Notes under the pieces: model-generated
Database searches by the model: none
The model's input: the letters and a program-made list of their open reading frames with translations, nothing else
What the model was told of the DNA's origin: nothing
Made by a program: the position numbers and the translations under genes
Assembly (NCBI RefSeq): GCF_050920415.1
Contig: NZ_CP169309.1
DNA from: Escherichia coli
GTDB lineage: Bacteria > Pseudomonadota > Gammaproteobacteria > Enterobacterales > Enterobacteriaceae
Strand: one strand, 5' to 3'
DNA: 64,000 nt
Shown here: piece by piece, positions 45,088 through 58,068 of the stretch
Numbering within the stretch: position 1 is the first letter of the stretch
Layout of the letters: every line of letters begins with the position of its first letter

Positions 45088-48000
45088 ACATATTCACGCT
45101 TTCCCTCGGTCTGGCCGTCATGCCGATGGTCGAGGCAGCACCAACCGCTCAGCAACAGTTGCTGGAGCAAGTTCGGTTAGGCGAAGCGACCCATCGTGAA
45201 GATCTGGTGCAACAGTCGTTGTATCGGCTGGAACTTATTGATCCGAATAACCCGGACGTCGTTGCCGCCCGTTTCCGTTCTCTGTTACGTCAGGGCGATA
45301 TTGATGGCGCGCAAAAACAGCTCGATCGGCTGTCGCAGTTAGCGCCGAGTTCAAATGCGTATAAATCGTCGCGGACCACAATGTTACTTTCTACGCCGGA
45401 TGGTCGTCAGGCACTGCAACAGGCAAGATTGCAGGCGACTACCGGTCATGCAGAAGAAGCTGTGGCGAGTTACAACAAGCTGTTCAACGGTGCGCCGCCG
45501 GAAGGTGACATTGCCGTCGAGTACTGGAGTACGGTGGCGAAAATTCCGGCTCGCCGTGGCGAAGCGATTAATCAGCTAAAACGCATCAATGCGGATACGC
45601 CGGGCAATACGGGCCTGCAAAACAATCTGGCGCTATTGCTGTTTAGTAGCGATCGGCGTGATGAAGGTTTTGCTGTACTGGAGCAGATGGCGAAATCGAA
45701 CGCCGGGCGCGAGGGAGCCTCTAAAATCTGGTACGGGCAGATTAAAGACATGCCTGTCAGCGATGCCAGCGTGCAGGCGCTGAAAAAATATCTCTCTATC
45801 TTTAGTGATGGCGACAGCGTAGCTGCTGCGCAATCGCAACTGGCAGAACAGCAAAAACAGCTGGCCGACCCTGCTTTCCGCGCTCGTGCGCAAGGTTTAG
45901 CGGCAGTGGACTCTGGCATGGCGGGTAAAGCCATTCCCGAACTACAACAGGCAGTGCGGGCGAACCCGAAAGACAGTGAGGCACTGGGGGCGCTGGGCCA
46001 GGCGTATTCTCAGAAAGGCGATCGCGCCAATGCGGTGGCGAATCTGGAAAAAGCCCTCGCACTGGACCCGCACAGCAGCAACAACGACAAATGGAACAGT
46101 CTGCTGAAAGTAAACCGCTACTGGCTGGCGATCCAGCAGGGTGATGCCGCGCTGAAAGCCAATAATCCTGACCGGGCAGAACGCCTGTTCCAGCAGGCGC
46201 GCAGTGTCGATAACACCGACAGCTATGCGGTGTTGGGGCTGGGCGATGTGGCGATGGCGCGAAAAGATTATTCCGCCGCCGAACGCTATTACCAGCAGAC
46301 GCTGCGCATGGACAGCGGCAATACCAACGCCGTGCGCGGGCTAGCGAATATTTACCGCCAGCAATCGCCAGAAAAAGCCGAAGCGTTTATCGCCTCGCTC
46401 TCTGCCAGCCAGCGGCGCAGCATTGATGATATCGAACGTAGCCTGCAAAACGATCGTCTGGCACAGCAGGCAGAGGCACTGGAAAAACAGGGCAAATGGG
46501 CGCAGGCAGCAGCACTTCAGCGGCAACGACTGGCACTGGACCCCGGCAGTGTATGGATTACTTACCGACTTTCGCAGGATCTCTGGCAGGCCGGACAACG
46601 CAGCCAGGCCGATACGTTAATGCGCAATCTCGTGCAGCAGAAGCCGAACGACCCGGAGCAGGTTTACGCTTACGGGCTGTACCTTTCAGGTCACGACCAG
46701 GACAGAGCGGCACTGGCGCATATCAACAGCCTGCCGCGTGCCCAGTGGAACAGCAATATTCAGGAGCTGGTTAATCGGCTGCAAAGCGACCAGGTGCTGG
46801 AAACCGCTAATCGCCTGCGAGAAAACGGTAAAGAGGCAGAAGCAGCAGCGATGCTGCGCCAGCAACCGCCTTCCTCGCGTATTGATCTGACGCTGGCTGA
46901 CTGGGCGCAACAACGACGTGATTACGCTGCTGCCCGTGCTGCATATCAGAATGTCCTGACGCGGGAGCCAACTAACGCTGATGCCATTCTTGGCCTGACG
47001 GAAGTGGATATCGCTGCCGGTGACAAAGCGGCGGCACGTAGCCAACTGGCGAAACTGCCTGCCTCCGATAACGCCTCCCTGAACACACAGCGGCGCGTGG
47101 CGCTGGCGCAGGCGCAGCTTGGCGATACCGCAGCGGCGCAGCAGACGTTTAACAAGCTGATCCCGCAGGCAAAATCTCAGCCACCGTCGATGGAAAGCGC
47201 GATGGTACTGCGCGACGGTGCGAAGTTTGAAGCACAGGCGGGCGATCCAACGCAGGCGCTGGAAACCTACAAAGACGCGATGGTTGCATCCGGTGTGACC
47301 ACGACGCGTCCGCAGGATAACGACACCTTTACCCGGCTGACTCGTAACGACGAGAAAGATGACTGGCTGAAACGCGGCGTGCGCAGCGATGCGGCAGATC
47401 TCTACCGCCAGCAGGATCTTAACGTCACCCTCGAGCACGATTACTGGGGGTCGAGCGGCACCGGTGGTTACTCCGATCTGAAAGCGCACACTACCATGTT
47501 GCAGGTGGATGCGCCGTATTCTGACGGGCGGATGTTCTTTCGCAGTGATTTCGTCAATATGAACGTCGGCAGTTTCTCCACTAATGCCGATGGCAAATGG
47601 GATGACAACTGGGGCACCTGTACATTACAGGACTGTAGCGGCAACCGCAGCCAGTCGGATTCCGGTGCCAGCGTGGCGGTCGGCTGGCGAAATGACGTCT
47701 GGAGCTGGGATATCGGCACCACGCCGATGGGCTTCAACGTGGTGGATGTGGTCGGCGGCATCAGTTACAGCGATGATATCGGGCCGCTGGGTTACACAGT
47801 TAACGCCCATCGTCGGCCCATCTCCAGTTCTTTGCTGGCCTTTGGCGGGCAAAAAGACTCCCCAGGCAATACCGGGAAAAAATGGGGCGGCGTGCGTGCC
47901 GACGGCGTGGGGCTAAGCCTGAGCTACGATAAAGGTGAAGCAAACGGCGTCTGGGCATCGCTTAGCGGCGACCAGTTAACCGGTAAAAATGTTGAAGATA

Positions 48001-48542
48001 ACTGGCGCGTGCGCTGGATGACGGGCTATTACTATAAGGTCATCAACCAGAACAATCGCCGCGTGACAATCGGCCTGAACAACATGATCTGGCATTACGA
48101 CAAAGATCTGAGTGGGTACTCACTCGGTCAGGGCGGTTACTACAGCCCGCAGGAATACCTGTCGTTTGCCATTCCGGTGATGTGGCGTGAGCGGACAGAA
48201 AACTGGTCGTGGGAGCTGGGGGCGTCTGGTTCGTGGTCGCATTCGCGCACCAAAACCATGCCGCGGTATCCGCTGATGAATCTGATCCCGACTGACTGGC
48301 AGGAAGAAGCTGCGCGGCAATCCAACGATGGCGGCAGCAGTCAGGGCTTTGGCTATACGGCGCGGGCATTACTTGAGCGTCGCGTCACATCCAACTGGTT
48401 TGTCGGTACGGCAATTGATATCCAGCAGGCGAAAGATTACGCGCCCAGCCATTTCCTGCTCTACGTACGTTATTCCGCCGCCGGATGGCAGGGTGACATG
48501 GATTTACCGCCGCAGCCGCTGATACCTTACGCCGACTGGTAA
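45069..48542 (+). CDS. bcsC: cellulose synthase outer-membrane/TPR subunit BcsC
   Basis: 1157-aa ORF, TPR-rich N-terminal region and C-terminal beta-barrel-like region. Confidence 0.93.
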   Translation: MRKFTLNIFTLSLGLAVMPMVEAAPTAQQQLLEQVRLGEATHREDLVQQSLYRLELIDPNNPDVVAARFRSLLRQGDIDGAQKQLDRLSQLAPSSNAYKSSRTTMLLSTPDGRQALQQARLQATTGHAEEAVASYNKLFNGAPPEGDIAVEYWSTVAKIPARRGEAINQLKRINADTPGNTGLQNNLALLLFSSDRRDEGFAVLEQMAKSNAGREGASKIWYGQIKDMPVSDASVQALKKYLSIFSDGDSVAAAQSQLAEQQKQLADPAFRARAQGLAAVDSGMAGKAIPELQQAVRANPKDSEALGALGQAYSQKGDRANAVANLEKALALDPHSSNNDKWNSLLKVNRYWLAIQQGDAALKANNPDRAERLFQQARSVDNTDSYAVLGLGDVAMARKDYSAAERYYQQTLRMDSGNTNAVRGLANIYRQQSPEKAEAFIASLSASQRRSIDDIERSLQNDRLAQQAEALEKQGKWAQAAALQRQRLALDPGSVWITYRLSQDLWQAGQRSQADTLMRNLVQQKPNDPEQVYAYGLYLSGHDQDRAALAHINSLPRAQWNSNIQELVNRLQSDQVLETANRLRENGKEAEAAAMLRQQPPSSRIDLTLADWAQQRRDYAAARAAYQNVLTREPTNADAILGLTEVDIAAGDKAAARSQLAKLPASDNASLNTQRRVALAQAQLGDTAAAQQTFNKLIPQAKSQPPSMESAMVLRDGAKFEAQAGDPTQALETYKDAMVASGVTTTRPQDNDTFTRLTRNDEKDDWLKRGVRSDAADLYRQQDLNVTLEHDYWGSSGTGGYSDLKAHTTMLQVDAPYSDGRMFFRSDFVNMNVGSFSTNADGKWDDNWGTCTLQDCSGNRSQSDSGASVAVGWRNDVWSWDIGTTPMGFNVVDVVGGISYSDDIGPLGYTVNAHRRPISSSLLAFGGQKDSPGNTGKKWGGVRADGVGLSLSYDKGEANGVWASLSGDQLTGKNVEDNWRVRWMTGYYYKVINQNNRRVTIGLNNMIWHYDKDLSGYSLGQGGYYSPQEYLSFAIPVMWRERTENWSWELGASGSWSHSRTKTMPRYPLMNLIPTDWQEEAARQSNDGGSSQGFGYTARALLERRVTSNWFVGTAIDIQQAKDYAPSHFLLYVRYSAAGWQGDMDLPPQPLIPYADW

Positions 48543-48623
48543 GTTTTCAGATAGCGCCTCTCTTAATGCCGCTGCGATCGGGTATACTCGGGCGGCAATC
48601 TGGGATTTCCGGGGGGAGACAAT

Positions 48624-50612
48624 TTGCGCGTAAGTCGCTCGTTAACAATCAAGCAGATGGCAATGGTGGCAGCCGTTGTCCTGGTGTTCGTTTTTATTTT
48701 TTGCACCGTTTTGCTGTTCCATCTGGTCCAGCAGAATCGCTATAACACGGCTACGCAACTGGAAAGCATTGCTCGCTCTGTCCGCGAACCCTTATCTTCT
48801 GCCATTTTGAAAGGCGATATTCCCGAAGCGGAAGCTATTCTTGCCAGCATTAAACCGGCAGGCGTGGTCAGCCGTGCCGATGTGGTGCTGCCTAACCAGT
48901 TCCAGGCGCTGCGTAAAAGTTTTATTCCAGAGCGTCCGGTGCCGGTAATGGTTACTCGCATGTTTGAGCTACCGGTGCAAATCTCGCTGGGCGTTTACTC
49001 GCTGGAACGTCCGGCAAACCCGCAGCCAATTGCCTATCTGGTGCTACAGGCGGATTCCTTCCGCATGTATAAGTTCGTGATGAGCACCCTCTCAACGTTA
49101 GTGACCATTTACTTACTTTTGTCGTTAATATTGACGGTGGCGATTAGCTGGTGCATTAACCGCCTGATTTTGCATCCGTTACGCAATATTGCTCGTGAAC
49201 TTAACGCCATCCCAGCCCAGGAGCTTGTTGGTCACCAACTGGCATTACCACGTCTGCATCAGGACGATGAAATCGGTATGCTGGTGCGCAGTTACAACCT
49301 CAACCAGCAATTGCTGCAGCGCCATTATGAAGAACAGAACGAAAATGCGATGCGCTTCCCGGTGTCGGATTTGCCGAACAAAGCCTTGCTGATGGAGATG
49401 CTGGAGCAGGTTGTCGCGCGTAAACAAACCACCGCGCTGATGATTATCACCTGTGAAACCCTGCGTGATACTGCGGGCGTGCTGAAAGAGGCGCAACGAG
49501 AAATTCTGCTGCTGACGCTGGTGGAAAAACTCAAATCGGTACTGTCGCCACGTATGATCCTCGCGCAGATTAGTGGTTATGACTTTGCTGTCATTGCCAA
49601 CGGTGTACAGGAGCCGTGGCATGCTATTACTTTAGGTCAGCAAGTGCTCACTATCATGAGCGAGTGCCTGCCGATTGAACGTATTCAACTCCGTCCGCAC
49701 TGTAGCATTGGCGTGGCGATGTTCTACGGCGATCTCACCGCCGAACAGCTTTACAGTCGCGCTATTTCTGCGGCATTTACCGCTCGCCATAAAGGTAAGA
49801 ATCAGATTCAGTTCTTTGATCCGCAGCAGATGGAAGCCGCCCAACAGCGGTTGACGGAAGAGAGCGATATCCTTAATGCACTGGAAAATCATCAGTTTGC
49901 GATTTGGTTACAGCCACAGGTCGAGATGACCAGCGGTAAACTGGTCAGTGCGGAAGTGTTACTGCGTATCCAGCAACCGGATGGCAGTTGGGATCTGCCG
50001 GATGGCTTAATCGATCGCATTGAGTGCTGTGGGCTGATGGTTACCGTCGGTCACTGGGTGCTGGAAGAGTCCTGCCGACTGCTTGCTGCCTGGCAAGAGC
50101 GCGGCATTATGCTGCCCTTGTCGGTAAACCTCTCGGCGCTGCAACTGATGCACCCGAATATGGTGGCGGATATGCTGGAGCTGTTAACCCGCTATCGCAT
50201 TCAGCCGGGAACGCTGATTCTGGAAGTGACAGAAAGCCGACGTATTGACGACCCTCATGCAGCGGTGGCAATCCTCCGCCCGTTGCGTAATGCCGGCGTT
50301 CGGGTGGCGCTGGATGATTTCGGCATGGGCTACGCAGGGCTGCGTCAGCTGCAGCATATGAAATCGTTGCCAATCGACGTGTTAAAAATCGACAAAATGT
50401 TTGTTGAAGGCTTGCCGGAAGATAGCAGCATGATTGCTGCAATTATCATGTTGGCGCAAAGCCTGAACTTACAAATGATTGCCGAAGGCGTGGAGACTGA
50501 AGCACAACGCGACTGGCTGGCAAAAGCGGGCGTTGGTATTGCCCAGGGCTTCCTTTTTGCTCGCCCACTCCCTATTGAAATCTTCGAAGAGAGTTACCTG
50601 GGAGAAAAGTAG
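48624..50612 (+). CDS. pdeK: c-di-GMP phosphodiesterase PdeK (HAMP-GGDEF-EAL)
   Basis: 662-aa ORF with TTG start per the ORF track (alternative in-frame ATG 33 nt downstream); N-terminal TM segments, degenerate GGDEF and C-terminal EAL domain. Confidence 0.82.
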   Translation: MRVSRSLTIKQMAMVAAVVLVFVFIFCTVLLFHLVQQNRYNTATQLESIARSVREPLSSAILKGDIPEAEAILASIKPAGVVSRADVVLPNQFQALRKSFIPERPVPVMVTRMFELPVQISLGVYSLERPANPQPIAYLVLQADSFRMYKFVMSTLSTLVTIYLLLSLILTVAISWCINRLILHPLRNIARELNAIPAQELVGHQLALPRLHQDDEIGMLVRSYNLNQQLLQRHYEEQNENAMRFPVSDLPNKALLMEMLEQVVARKQTTALMIITCETLRDTAGVLKEAQREILLLTLVEKLKSVLSPRMILAQISGYDFAVIANGVQEPWHAITLGQQVLTIMSECLPIERIQLRPHCSIGVAMFYGDLTAEQLYSRAISAAFTARHKGKNQIQFFDPQQMEAAQQRLTEESDILNALENHQFAIWLQPQVEMTSGKLVSAEVLLRIQQPDGSWDLPDGLIDRIECCGLMVTVGHWVLEESCRLLAAWQERGIMLPLSVNLSALQLMHPNMVADMLELLTRYRIQPGTLILEVTESRRIDDPHAAVAILRPLRNAGVRVALDDFGMGYAGLRQLQHMKSLPIDVLKIDKMFVEGLPEDSSMIAAIIMLAQSLNLQMIAEGVETEAQRDWLAKAGVGIAQGFLFARPLPIEIFEESYLGEK

Positions 50613-50758
50613 CTACCCCAAACTGATTACAAAACTTTAAAAAGTGCTGGTTTGTGCGAGCCAGCTCAAACTTTTTAACCTTTTTGTTTCAATTATGATC
50701 CAGGTACATTTCTGTGATGTTGTCTGGGTGTTATTTTAAGGCCGCAGGTACCCCATAA

Positions 50759-52081
<1,323 letters not shown>

Positions 52082-52095
52082 TCTCACCACTTATG

Positions 52096-52127
52096 CCCGC
52101 ACTCCCTTCCCCGAGTGCGGGTGTTTG
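52096..52127 (+). terminator. rho-independent terminator of dctA
   Basis: CCCGCACTC-CCTTCCCC-GAGTGCGGG hairpin followed by TGTTTG. Confidence 0.55.
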
Positions 52128-52300
52128 CGCATAATTGACCCCTGTGCCTGAACTTACCACCTGGGTGAGTTCAGGTTTATTTCACTTCTTCCGTGACATT
52201 TTCATGTTCTTGCGGTCTAACACGAAGTGTTTTTAATGTCATTTAGACTGACCGACAACGGGCAGTTTTTTATTACCAGGATAGTTGATCAGGGGTTCAC

Positions 52301-53797
52301 ATGCAGGGCACAAAAATTCGACTTTTAGCGGGCGGTTTGCTGATGATGGCCACTGCTGGCTATGTGCAGGCAGATGCGCTCCAGCCTGATCCAGCATGGC
52401 AACAGGGGACGCTTTCCAACGGTTTACAGTGGCAAGTGCTGACCACGCCCCAGCGTCCCAGCGATCGCGTTGAAATTCGCCTGCTGGTTAATACCGGTTC
52501 GCTCGCCGAAAGTACACAACAGAGCGGTTACAGTCACGCCATCCCTCGTATTGCGTTAACGCAAAGCGGTGGCCTTGACGCAGCACAGGCGCGTTCATTG
52601 TGGCTGCAGGGGATCGACCCTAAACGCCCGATGCCGCCGGTAATTGTCTCTTATGACACCACGCTGTTTAATCTGAGTTTGCCCAATAACCGTAACGACT
52701 TGCTGAAAGAAGCGCTCTCTTATCTGGCAAATGCCACTGGCAAACTGACCATCACACCAGAAACCATCAACCACGCGCTGCAAAGTCAGGACATGGTGGC
52801 CACCTGGCCTGCCGATACTAAAGAGGGCTGGTGGCGCTATCGTCTGAAAGGATCAACCTTGTTAGGTCACGATCCTGCCGATCCGCTGAAACAACCCGTT
52901 GAAGCGGAAAAGATTAAAGATTTCTATCAGAAATGGTACACCCCGGATGCAATGACGCTGCTGGTGGTGGGAAACGTGGATGCGCGCTCGGTTGTCGACC
53001 AAATCAACAAAACGTTTGGCGAACTGAAAGGCAAACGTGAAACACCGGCTCCGGTGCCGACGCTTTCTCCGCTGCGTCCTGAAGCGGTGAGTATTATGAC
53101 CGATGCGGTACGTCAGGACCGGTTATCTATCATGTGGGATACGCCGTGGCAGCCAATTCGTGAATCAGCCGCACTGCTGCGCTACTGGCGTGCGGACCTG
53201 GCCCGTGAGGCGCTGTTCTGGCACGTTCAGCAAGCGTTAAGCACCAGTAACAGCAAAGACATCGGTCTTGGATTTGACTGCCGTGTGCTGTATCTGCGTG
53301 CGCAGTGTGCCATCAACATCGAGTCACCAAACGACAAGCTGAACAGCAACCTTAATTTGGTAGCGCGTGAGCTAGCGAAGGTTCGCGATAAAGGTCTGCC
53401 GGAAGAAGAGTTCAATGCGTTAGTGGCGCAAAAGAAACTGGAGCTGCAGAAACTGTTTGCCGCCTATGCGCGAGCTGATACCGATATTTTGATGGGGCAG
53501 CGGATGCGTTCGTTGCAAAATCAGGTCGTTGATATCGCGCCGGAGCAATATCAGAAACTGCGCCAAGATTTCCTTAATAGTCTGACGGTAGAGATGTTAA
53601 ATCAGGATCTGCGCCAGCAGTTGTCGAACGATATGGCGTTAATTCTTCTGCAGCCGAAAGGCGAGCCAGAATTTAACATGAAAGCGTTGCAGGCGGCCTG
53701 GGATCAAATCATGGCCCCATCTACTACTGCTGCCACAACCTCTGTTGCCACGGATGACGTACATCCTGAAGTGACGGATATTCCACCCGCACAGTAA
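52301..53797 (+). CDS. yhjJ: M16-family peptidase-like periplasmic protein YhjJ
   Basis: 498-aa ORF with signal peptide; size and position match yhjJ. Confidence 0.8.
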   Translation: MQGTKIRLLAGGLLMMATAGYVQADALQPDPAWQQGTLSNGLQWQVLTTPQRPSDRVEIRLLVNTGSLAESTQQSGYSHAIPRIALTQSGGLDAAQARSLWLQGIDPKRPMPPVIVSYDTTLFNLSLPNNRNDLLKEALSYLANATGKLTITPETINHALQSQDMVATWPADTKEGWWRYRLKGSTLLGHDPADPLKQPVEAEKIKDFYQKWYTPDAMTLLVVGNVDARSVVDQINKTFGELKGKRETPAPVPTLSPLRPEAVSIMTDAVRQDRLSIMWDTPWQPIRESAALLRYWRADLAREALFWHVQQALSTSNSKDIGLGFDCRVLYLRAQCAINIESPNDKLNSNLNLVARELAKVRDKGLPEEEFNALVAQKKLELQKLFAAYARADTDILMGQRMRSLQNQVVDIAPEQYQKLRQDFLNSLTVEMLNQDLRQQLSNDMALILLQPKGEPEFNMKALQAAWDQIMAPSTTAATTSVATDDVHPEVTDIPPAQ

Positions 53798-53799
53798 TG

Positions 53800-53831
53800 C
53801 CTGATGGTGATGAGTTAGCACAACCATCAGG
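53800..53831. terminator. hairpin between convergent yhjJ and kdgK (candidate bidirectional terminator)
   Basis: CCTGATGGT...ACCATCAGG 9-bp inverted repeat followed by TATTTAT. Confidence 0.45.
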
Positions 53832-53892
53832 TATTTATGGATGAGCTGGATAGAGGGGTAACACTTTATCCAGCCTTTTGCATATGCTGCTT

Positions 53893-54822
53893 TTACGCAG
53901 GCATCGCCTCACGCGGGATAATCGCGCCGCGATACTGAATAACGGTACTTGCGGTCAGGTGCCCGCGTTTCGCCGCATTTTCCGCACTGCCGCCCGTCAA
54001 ACGTACCGCCAGATAACCGGCACTGAAAGAGTCGCCAGCTGCGGTGGTATCGATCACTTTTTCTTTCGGCAGTTTCACCGCCGGAACATCCACTAACCCT
54101 TCGCCAGCAATGGACACCAGGCAAGAATCCGCCCCGCGTTTCACCACCACTTCTTTCACGCCCGCGTTATGGGTGCGCGCAATGACGTCTTCCACCGGCT
54201 GTTGACCCCACAGCGCGTCTTCATCGTCCAGCGTCAGGAAGGCGATATCCGTGCATTCCAGCATTTGCTGGTACACCTGCTGTGTCTCTTCTTTGCTGGC
54301 CCACAGGCGCGGACGATAGTTATTGTCGAAAATTACTTTTCCGCCGTTGGCGCGGCATCCGCGCAACAAAGAAAGCAGTTTCTCGCGGCTGGTCGGGCTT
54401 AAGATCGCCAGGCTAATCCCGCTCAGGTAGAGATAATCGAAATTCGCCAGCTCTTCGCAAATCGCCGCAGATTGCTCGCTCTCCAGCCAGAATTTGGCGG
54501 CGGCTTCGTTACGCCAGTAGTAGAACGTACGTTCGCCGGTGCTGTCGGTTTCAATGTAGTAAAGGCCCGGCAGACGGTTTTCCATCCGTTGGGTCAGGGA
54601 AGTATCAACGTTCTCGCCGTGCCAGGCGTCCAGCATTTGCTGGCTAAAACTGTCCGTTCCCAGCGCCGTTACGTAATGAACGGTTAATGCCGCAGGATCG
54701 ACCTGACGGGCGATATAGACGGAAGTGTTCAGGGTATCGCCGCCGAAACCGCGCTTAACGTCCGCGCCTTTCTCGGAAAGCTCAATCATGCATTCGCCAA
54801 TCACGGCAATCTTTTTGGACAT
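53893..54822 (-). CDS. kdgK: 2-dehydro-3-deoxygluconokinase
   Basis: 309-aa ORF starting MSKKIAVIGECMIELSEKG; PfkB/ribokinase family. Confidence 0.92.
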   Translation of the reverse strand: MSKKIAVIGECMIELSEKGADVKRGFGGDTLNTSVYIARQVDPAALTVHYVTALGTDSFSQQMLDAWHGENVDTSLTQRMENRLPGLYYIETDSTGERTFYYWRNEAAAKFWLESEQSAAICEELANFDYLYLSGISLAILSPTSREKLLSLLRGCRANGGKVIFDNNYRPRLWASKEETQQVYQQMLECTDIAFLTLDDEDALWGQQPVEDVIARTHNAGVKEVVVKRGADSCLVSIAGEGLVDVPAVKLPKEKVIDTTAAGDSFSAGYLAVRLTGGSAENAAKRGHLTASTVIQYRGAIIPREAMPA

Positions 54823-54886
54823 AGTCGTGAACCTGATCTGTAAAAATTAGCGTTAGTTTGCGCTGTGGTGGTTTGCTGGTCAACCA

Positions 54887-54906
54887 TATTAAAACAGTGT
54901 TCCATT
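54887..54906. promoter_or_regulatory. KdgR-like operator upstream of kdgK
   Basis: ATTAAAACAGTGTTCCATTA resembles the KdgR box (AAATGAAACA-N-TGTTTCATTT) at about 15 of 18 positions; about 65-85 bp upstream of the kdgK start. Confidence 0.4.
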
Positions 54907-54977
54907 ATTTTTTTGAGCCAGAACGTATTCCTGAAAGATTCCGTTGTGGAGTGGGGAAATTTAACCCGGCCAGGCGG

Positions 54978-55004
54978 TAAAGTTCTGCCCTTACGCGCCG
55001 ATAA
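54978..55004 (+). promoter_or_regulatory. sigma-28 (FliA) promoter of pdeH
   Basis: TAAAG-N15-GCCGATAA, an essentially perfect match to the flagellar class 3 consensus TAAA-N15-GCCGATAA, about 50 bp upstream of the pdeH ATG. Confidence 0.75.
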
Positions 55005-55052
55005 TCTTTGTCGAGTCCGGGCAGCATCACTTTTAAACACAGGACATCTTTG

Positions 55053-55820
55053 ATGATAAGGCAGGTTATCCAGCGAATAAGCAACCCTGAAGCAAGCATC
55101 GAGAGCTTGCAGGAACGGCGTTTTTGGTTGCAGTGTGAGCGTGCTTACACCTGGCAGCCGATCTATCAAACCTGCGGACGGTTAATGGCCGTGGAGCTAT
55201 TAACGGTGGTCACGCATCCCTCGAACCCTTTACAACGTCTGCCGCCGGATCGCTATTTTACTGAAATCACCGTCAGCCATCGGATGGAGGTTGTGAAAGA
55301 GCAGATTGATTTGCTGGCGCAAAATGCCGACTTCTTTGTCGAGCACGGCCTGCTGGCATCGGTCAATATTGATGGTCCTACGCTCATCGCCCTGCGTCAG
55401 CAACCAAAAATCCTGCGCCAGATTGAGCATCTTCCCTGGCTGCGTTTCGAACTGGTAGAACACATCCGCCTGCCAAAAGACTCAACCTTTGCCTCGATGT
55501 GTGAATTTGGTCCGCTGTGGCTGGATGATTTCGGCACTGGGATGGCGAATTTCTCTGCGCTAAGTGAAGTACGTTACGACTACATCAAAATCGCCCGTGA
55601 GCTGTTTGTGATGCTGCGTCAGTCACCGGAAGGACGCACGCTCTTTTCTCAGCTTTTACATCTCATGAATCGCTATTGTCGCGGGGTGATTGTCGAAGGT
55701 GTGGAAACGCAGGAAGAGTGGCGCGATGTACAAAATTCGCCTGCATTTGCTGCACAAGGCTGGTTTCTTTCACGCCCGGCACCGATAGAAACGCTGAATT
55801 CGGCAGTTCTGGCGCTATAA
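55053..55820 (+). CDS. pdeH: c-di-GMP phosphodiesterase PdeH (EAL domain)
   Basis: ORF 55008..55820; start chosen at MIRQVIQRISNPEASIESLQ (255 aa); EAL domain protein. Confidence 0.9.
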   Translation: MIRQVIQRISNPEASIESLQERRFWLQCERAYTWQPIYQTCGRLMAVELLTVVTHPSNPLQRLPPDRYFTEITVSHRMEVVKEQIDLLAQNADFFVEHGLLASVNIDGPTLIALRQQPKILRQIEHLPWLRFELVEHIRLPKDSTFASMCEFGPLWLDDFGTGMANFSALSEVRYDYIKIARELFVMLRQSPEGRTLFSQLLHLMNRYCRGVIVEGVETQEEWRDVQNSPAFAAQGWFLSRPAPIETLNSAVLAL

Positions 55821-55875
55821 GCTGCCTCATTTTCTGCCTGGCTGGACTATCTTTAGGACTGGCACAGGAAGAAAT

Positions 55876-57951
55876 ATGAGGAAGCGAATGATGAGCAAGG
55901 CAGGCAAAATAACCGCTGCGATTTCAGGGACTTTCTTGTTGTTGATTGTCGTGGCGATCATTTTGATTGCAACATTTGACTGGAATCGACTCAAACCGAC
56001 CATCAACCAGAAAGTCTCTGCGGAGTTGAATCGTCCATTCGCTATCCGTGGCGATCTGGGCGTGGTGTGGGAGCGGCAAAAACAAGAAACCGGCTGGCGC
56101 AGCTGGGTGCCGTGGCCTCATGTGCATGCAGAAGACATCATTCTTGGCAATCCGCCGGATATTCCCGAAGTAACAATGGTGCATTTGCCGCGGGTAGAAG
56201 CGACGCTGGCCCCGCTGGCGTTGCTGACCAAAACGGTCTGGCTACCGTGGATAAAACTGGAGAAGCCCGACGCGCGTCTGATTCGTCTCTCTGAAAAGAA
56301 CAATAACTGGACCTTTAATCTCGCCAATGATGACAACAAAGACATGAATGCAAAGCCGTCTGCGTGGTCGTTTCGACTGGATAATATTCTGTTCGATCAA
56401 GGGCGGATCGCTATTGATGACAAAGTAAGCAAAGCGGATCTGGAAATTTTTGTCGATCCGTTAGGCAAGCCGCTGCCGTTCAGTGAAGTTACCGGATCGA
56501 AAGGTAAAGCGGACAAAGAAAAGGTGGGCGATTACGTTTTTGGTCTGAAGGCGCAGGGACGTTATAACGGTGAACCGCTCACGGGCAAAGGTAAAATCGG
56601 CGGTATGCTGGCACTACGCGGCGAAGGTACACCGTTTCCGGTACAGGCTGATTTCCGCTCCGGGAATACTCGCGTCGCTTTTGATGGCGTCGTGAATGAC
56701 CCAATGAAGATGGGCGGTGTCGATTTACGGCTTAAATTTTCTGGCGATTCGCTGGGTGATCTCTATGAACTGACGGGTGTTCTGCTGCCCGATACCCCGC
56801 CGTTTGAAACGGATGGTCGGCTGGTAGCGAAAATCGACACTGAAAAATCGTCGGTCTTTGATTATCGCGGTTTTAATGGGCGCATTGGCGATAGCGATAT
56901 CCACGGTTCTCTGGTCTACACCACCGGCAAGCCACGACCAAAACTGGAAGGTGATGTCGAATCGCGGCAATTGCGGCTGGCAGATTTAGGGCCATTGATT
57001 GGCGTTGATTCTGGAAAAGGTGCAGAAAAGTCGAAACGGTCTGAGCAGAAGAAAGGCGAAAAAAGCATTCAGCCTGCGGGCAAAGTGCTGCCTTATGACC
57101 GCTTCGAAACCGATAAATGGGACGTCATGGATGCCGATGTCCGCTTCAAAGGTCGGCGCATTGAACATGGTAGTAGCTTGCCGATTAGCGATCTCTCTAC
57201 CCATATCATTCTCAAAAATGCTGACCTGCGCCTGCAACCGCTGAAATTTGGCATGGCGGGAGGCAGCATTGCGGCGAATATTCATCTGGAAGGCGATAAA
57301 AAGCCGATGCAAGGGCGGGCTGATATTCAGGCCCGTCGGCTGAAACTGAAAGAACTGATGCCCGATGTAGAACTGATGCAGAAGACGCTGGGGGAAATGA
57401 ACGGTGACGCGGAACTACGCGGTAGCGGTAACTCGGTGGCGGCGCTTTTAGGCAACAGTAACGGCAACCTGAAACTGTTGATGAATGACGGGCTGGTGAG
57501 CCGCAACCTGATGGAGATTGTCGGCCTGAATGTCGGCAACTACATTGTCGGTGCGATATTTGGTGATGATGAGGTGCGGGTGAACTGCGCGGCGGCGAAT
57601 CTGGATATTGCCAACGGTGTGGCGCGTCCGCAGATTTTTGCTTTTGATACTGAGAATGCGTTGATCAATGTTACCGGCACGGCAAGTTTTGCTTCGGAGC
57701 AACTGGATTTGACTATCGATCCAGAAAGTAAAGGGATTCGGATTATCACACTGCGTTCGCCGCTGTATGTGCGTGGGACATTTAAAAATCCGCAGGCTGG
57801 GGTGAAAGCCGGACCGTTGGTTGCTCGCGGAGCCGTCGCGGCGGCACTGGCAACGCTGGTAACACCGGCGGCGGCGTTACTGGCGCTGATCTCACCTTCC
57901 GAAGGGGAGGCTAATCAGTGTCGGACGATTTTGTCGCAGATGAAGAAGTGA
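55876..57951 (+). CDS. yhjG: AsmA-family protein YhjG
   Basis: 691-aa ORF with N-terminal TM anchor; start could be the Met 5 codons downstream. Confidence 0.8.
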   Translation: MRKRMMSKAGKITAAISGTFLLLIVVAIILIATFDWNRLKPTINQKVSAELNRPFAIRGDLGVVWERQKQETGWRSWVPWPHVHAEDIILGNPPDIPEVTMVHLPRVEATLAPLALLTKTVWLPWIKLEKPDARLIRLSEKNNNWTFNLANDDNKDMNAKPSAWSFRLDNILFDQGRIAIDDKVSKADLEIFVDPLGKPLPFSEVTGSKGKADKEKVGDYVFGLKAQGRYNGEPLTGKGKIGGMLALRGEGTPFPVQADFRSGNTRVAFDGVVNDPMKMGGVDLRLKFSGDSLGDLYELTGVLLPDTPPFETDGRLVAKIDTEKSSVFDYRGFNGRIGDSDIHGSLVYTTGKPRPKLEGDVESRQLRLADLGPLIGVDSGKGAEKSKRSEQKKGEKSIQPAGKVLPYDRFETDKWDVMDADVRFKGRRIEHGSSLPISDLSTHIILKNADLRLQPLKFGMAGGSIAANIHLEGDKKPMQGRADIQARRLKLKELMPDVELMQKTLGEMNGDAELRGSGNSVAALLGNSNGNLKLLMNDGLVSRNLMEIVGLNVGNYIVGAIFGDDEVRVNCAAANLDIANGVARPQIFAFDTENALINVTGTASFASEQLDLTIDPESKGIRIITLRSPLYVRGTFKNPQAGVKAGPLVARGAVAAALATLVTPAAALLALISPSEGEANQCRTILSQMKK

Positions 57952-57957
57952 TGGAAA

Positions 57958-57993
57958 CTGCCGGATGCGGCGTGAACGCCTTATCCGGCCTAC
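57958..57993. repeat. REP element
   Basis: CTGCCGGATGCGGCGTGAACGCCTTATCCGGCCTAC, canonical REP. Confidence 0.8.
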
Positions 57994-58068
57994 AAATCCT
58001 TGCGAATTCAATATATTTTATGGAAATTCAGGCCTGATAAGCGTAGCGCATCAGGCTTTTCACTCTTA

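Noticed and set aside
46686-47489. 267-aa minus-strand ORF inside bcsC
   Set aside because: Antisense to the TPR region of bcsC; Arg/Cys-rich low-complexity translation typical of a non-coding frame.
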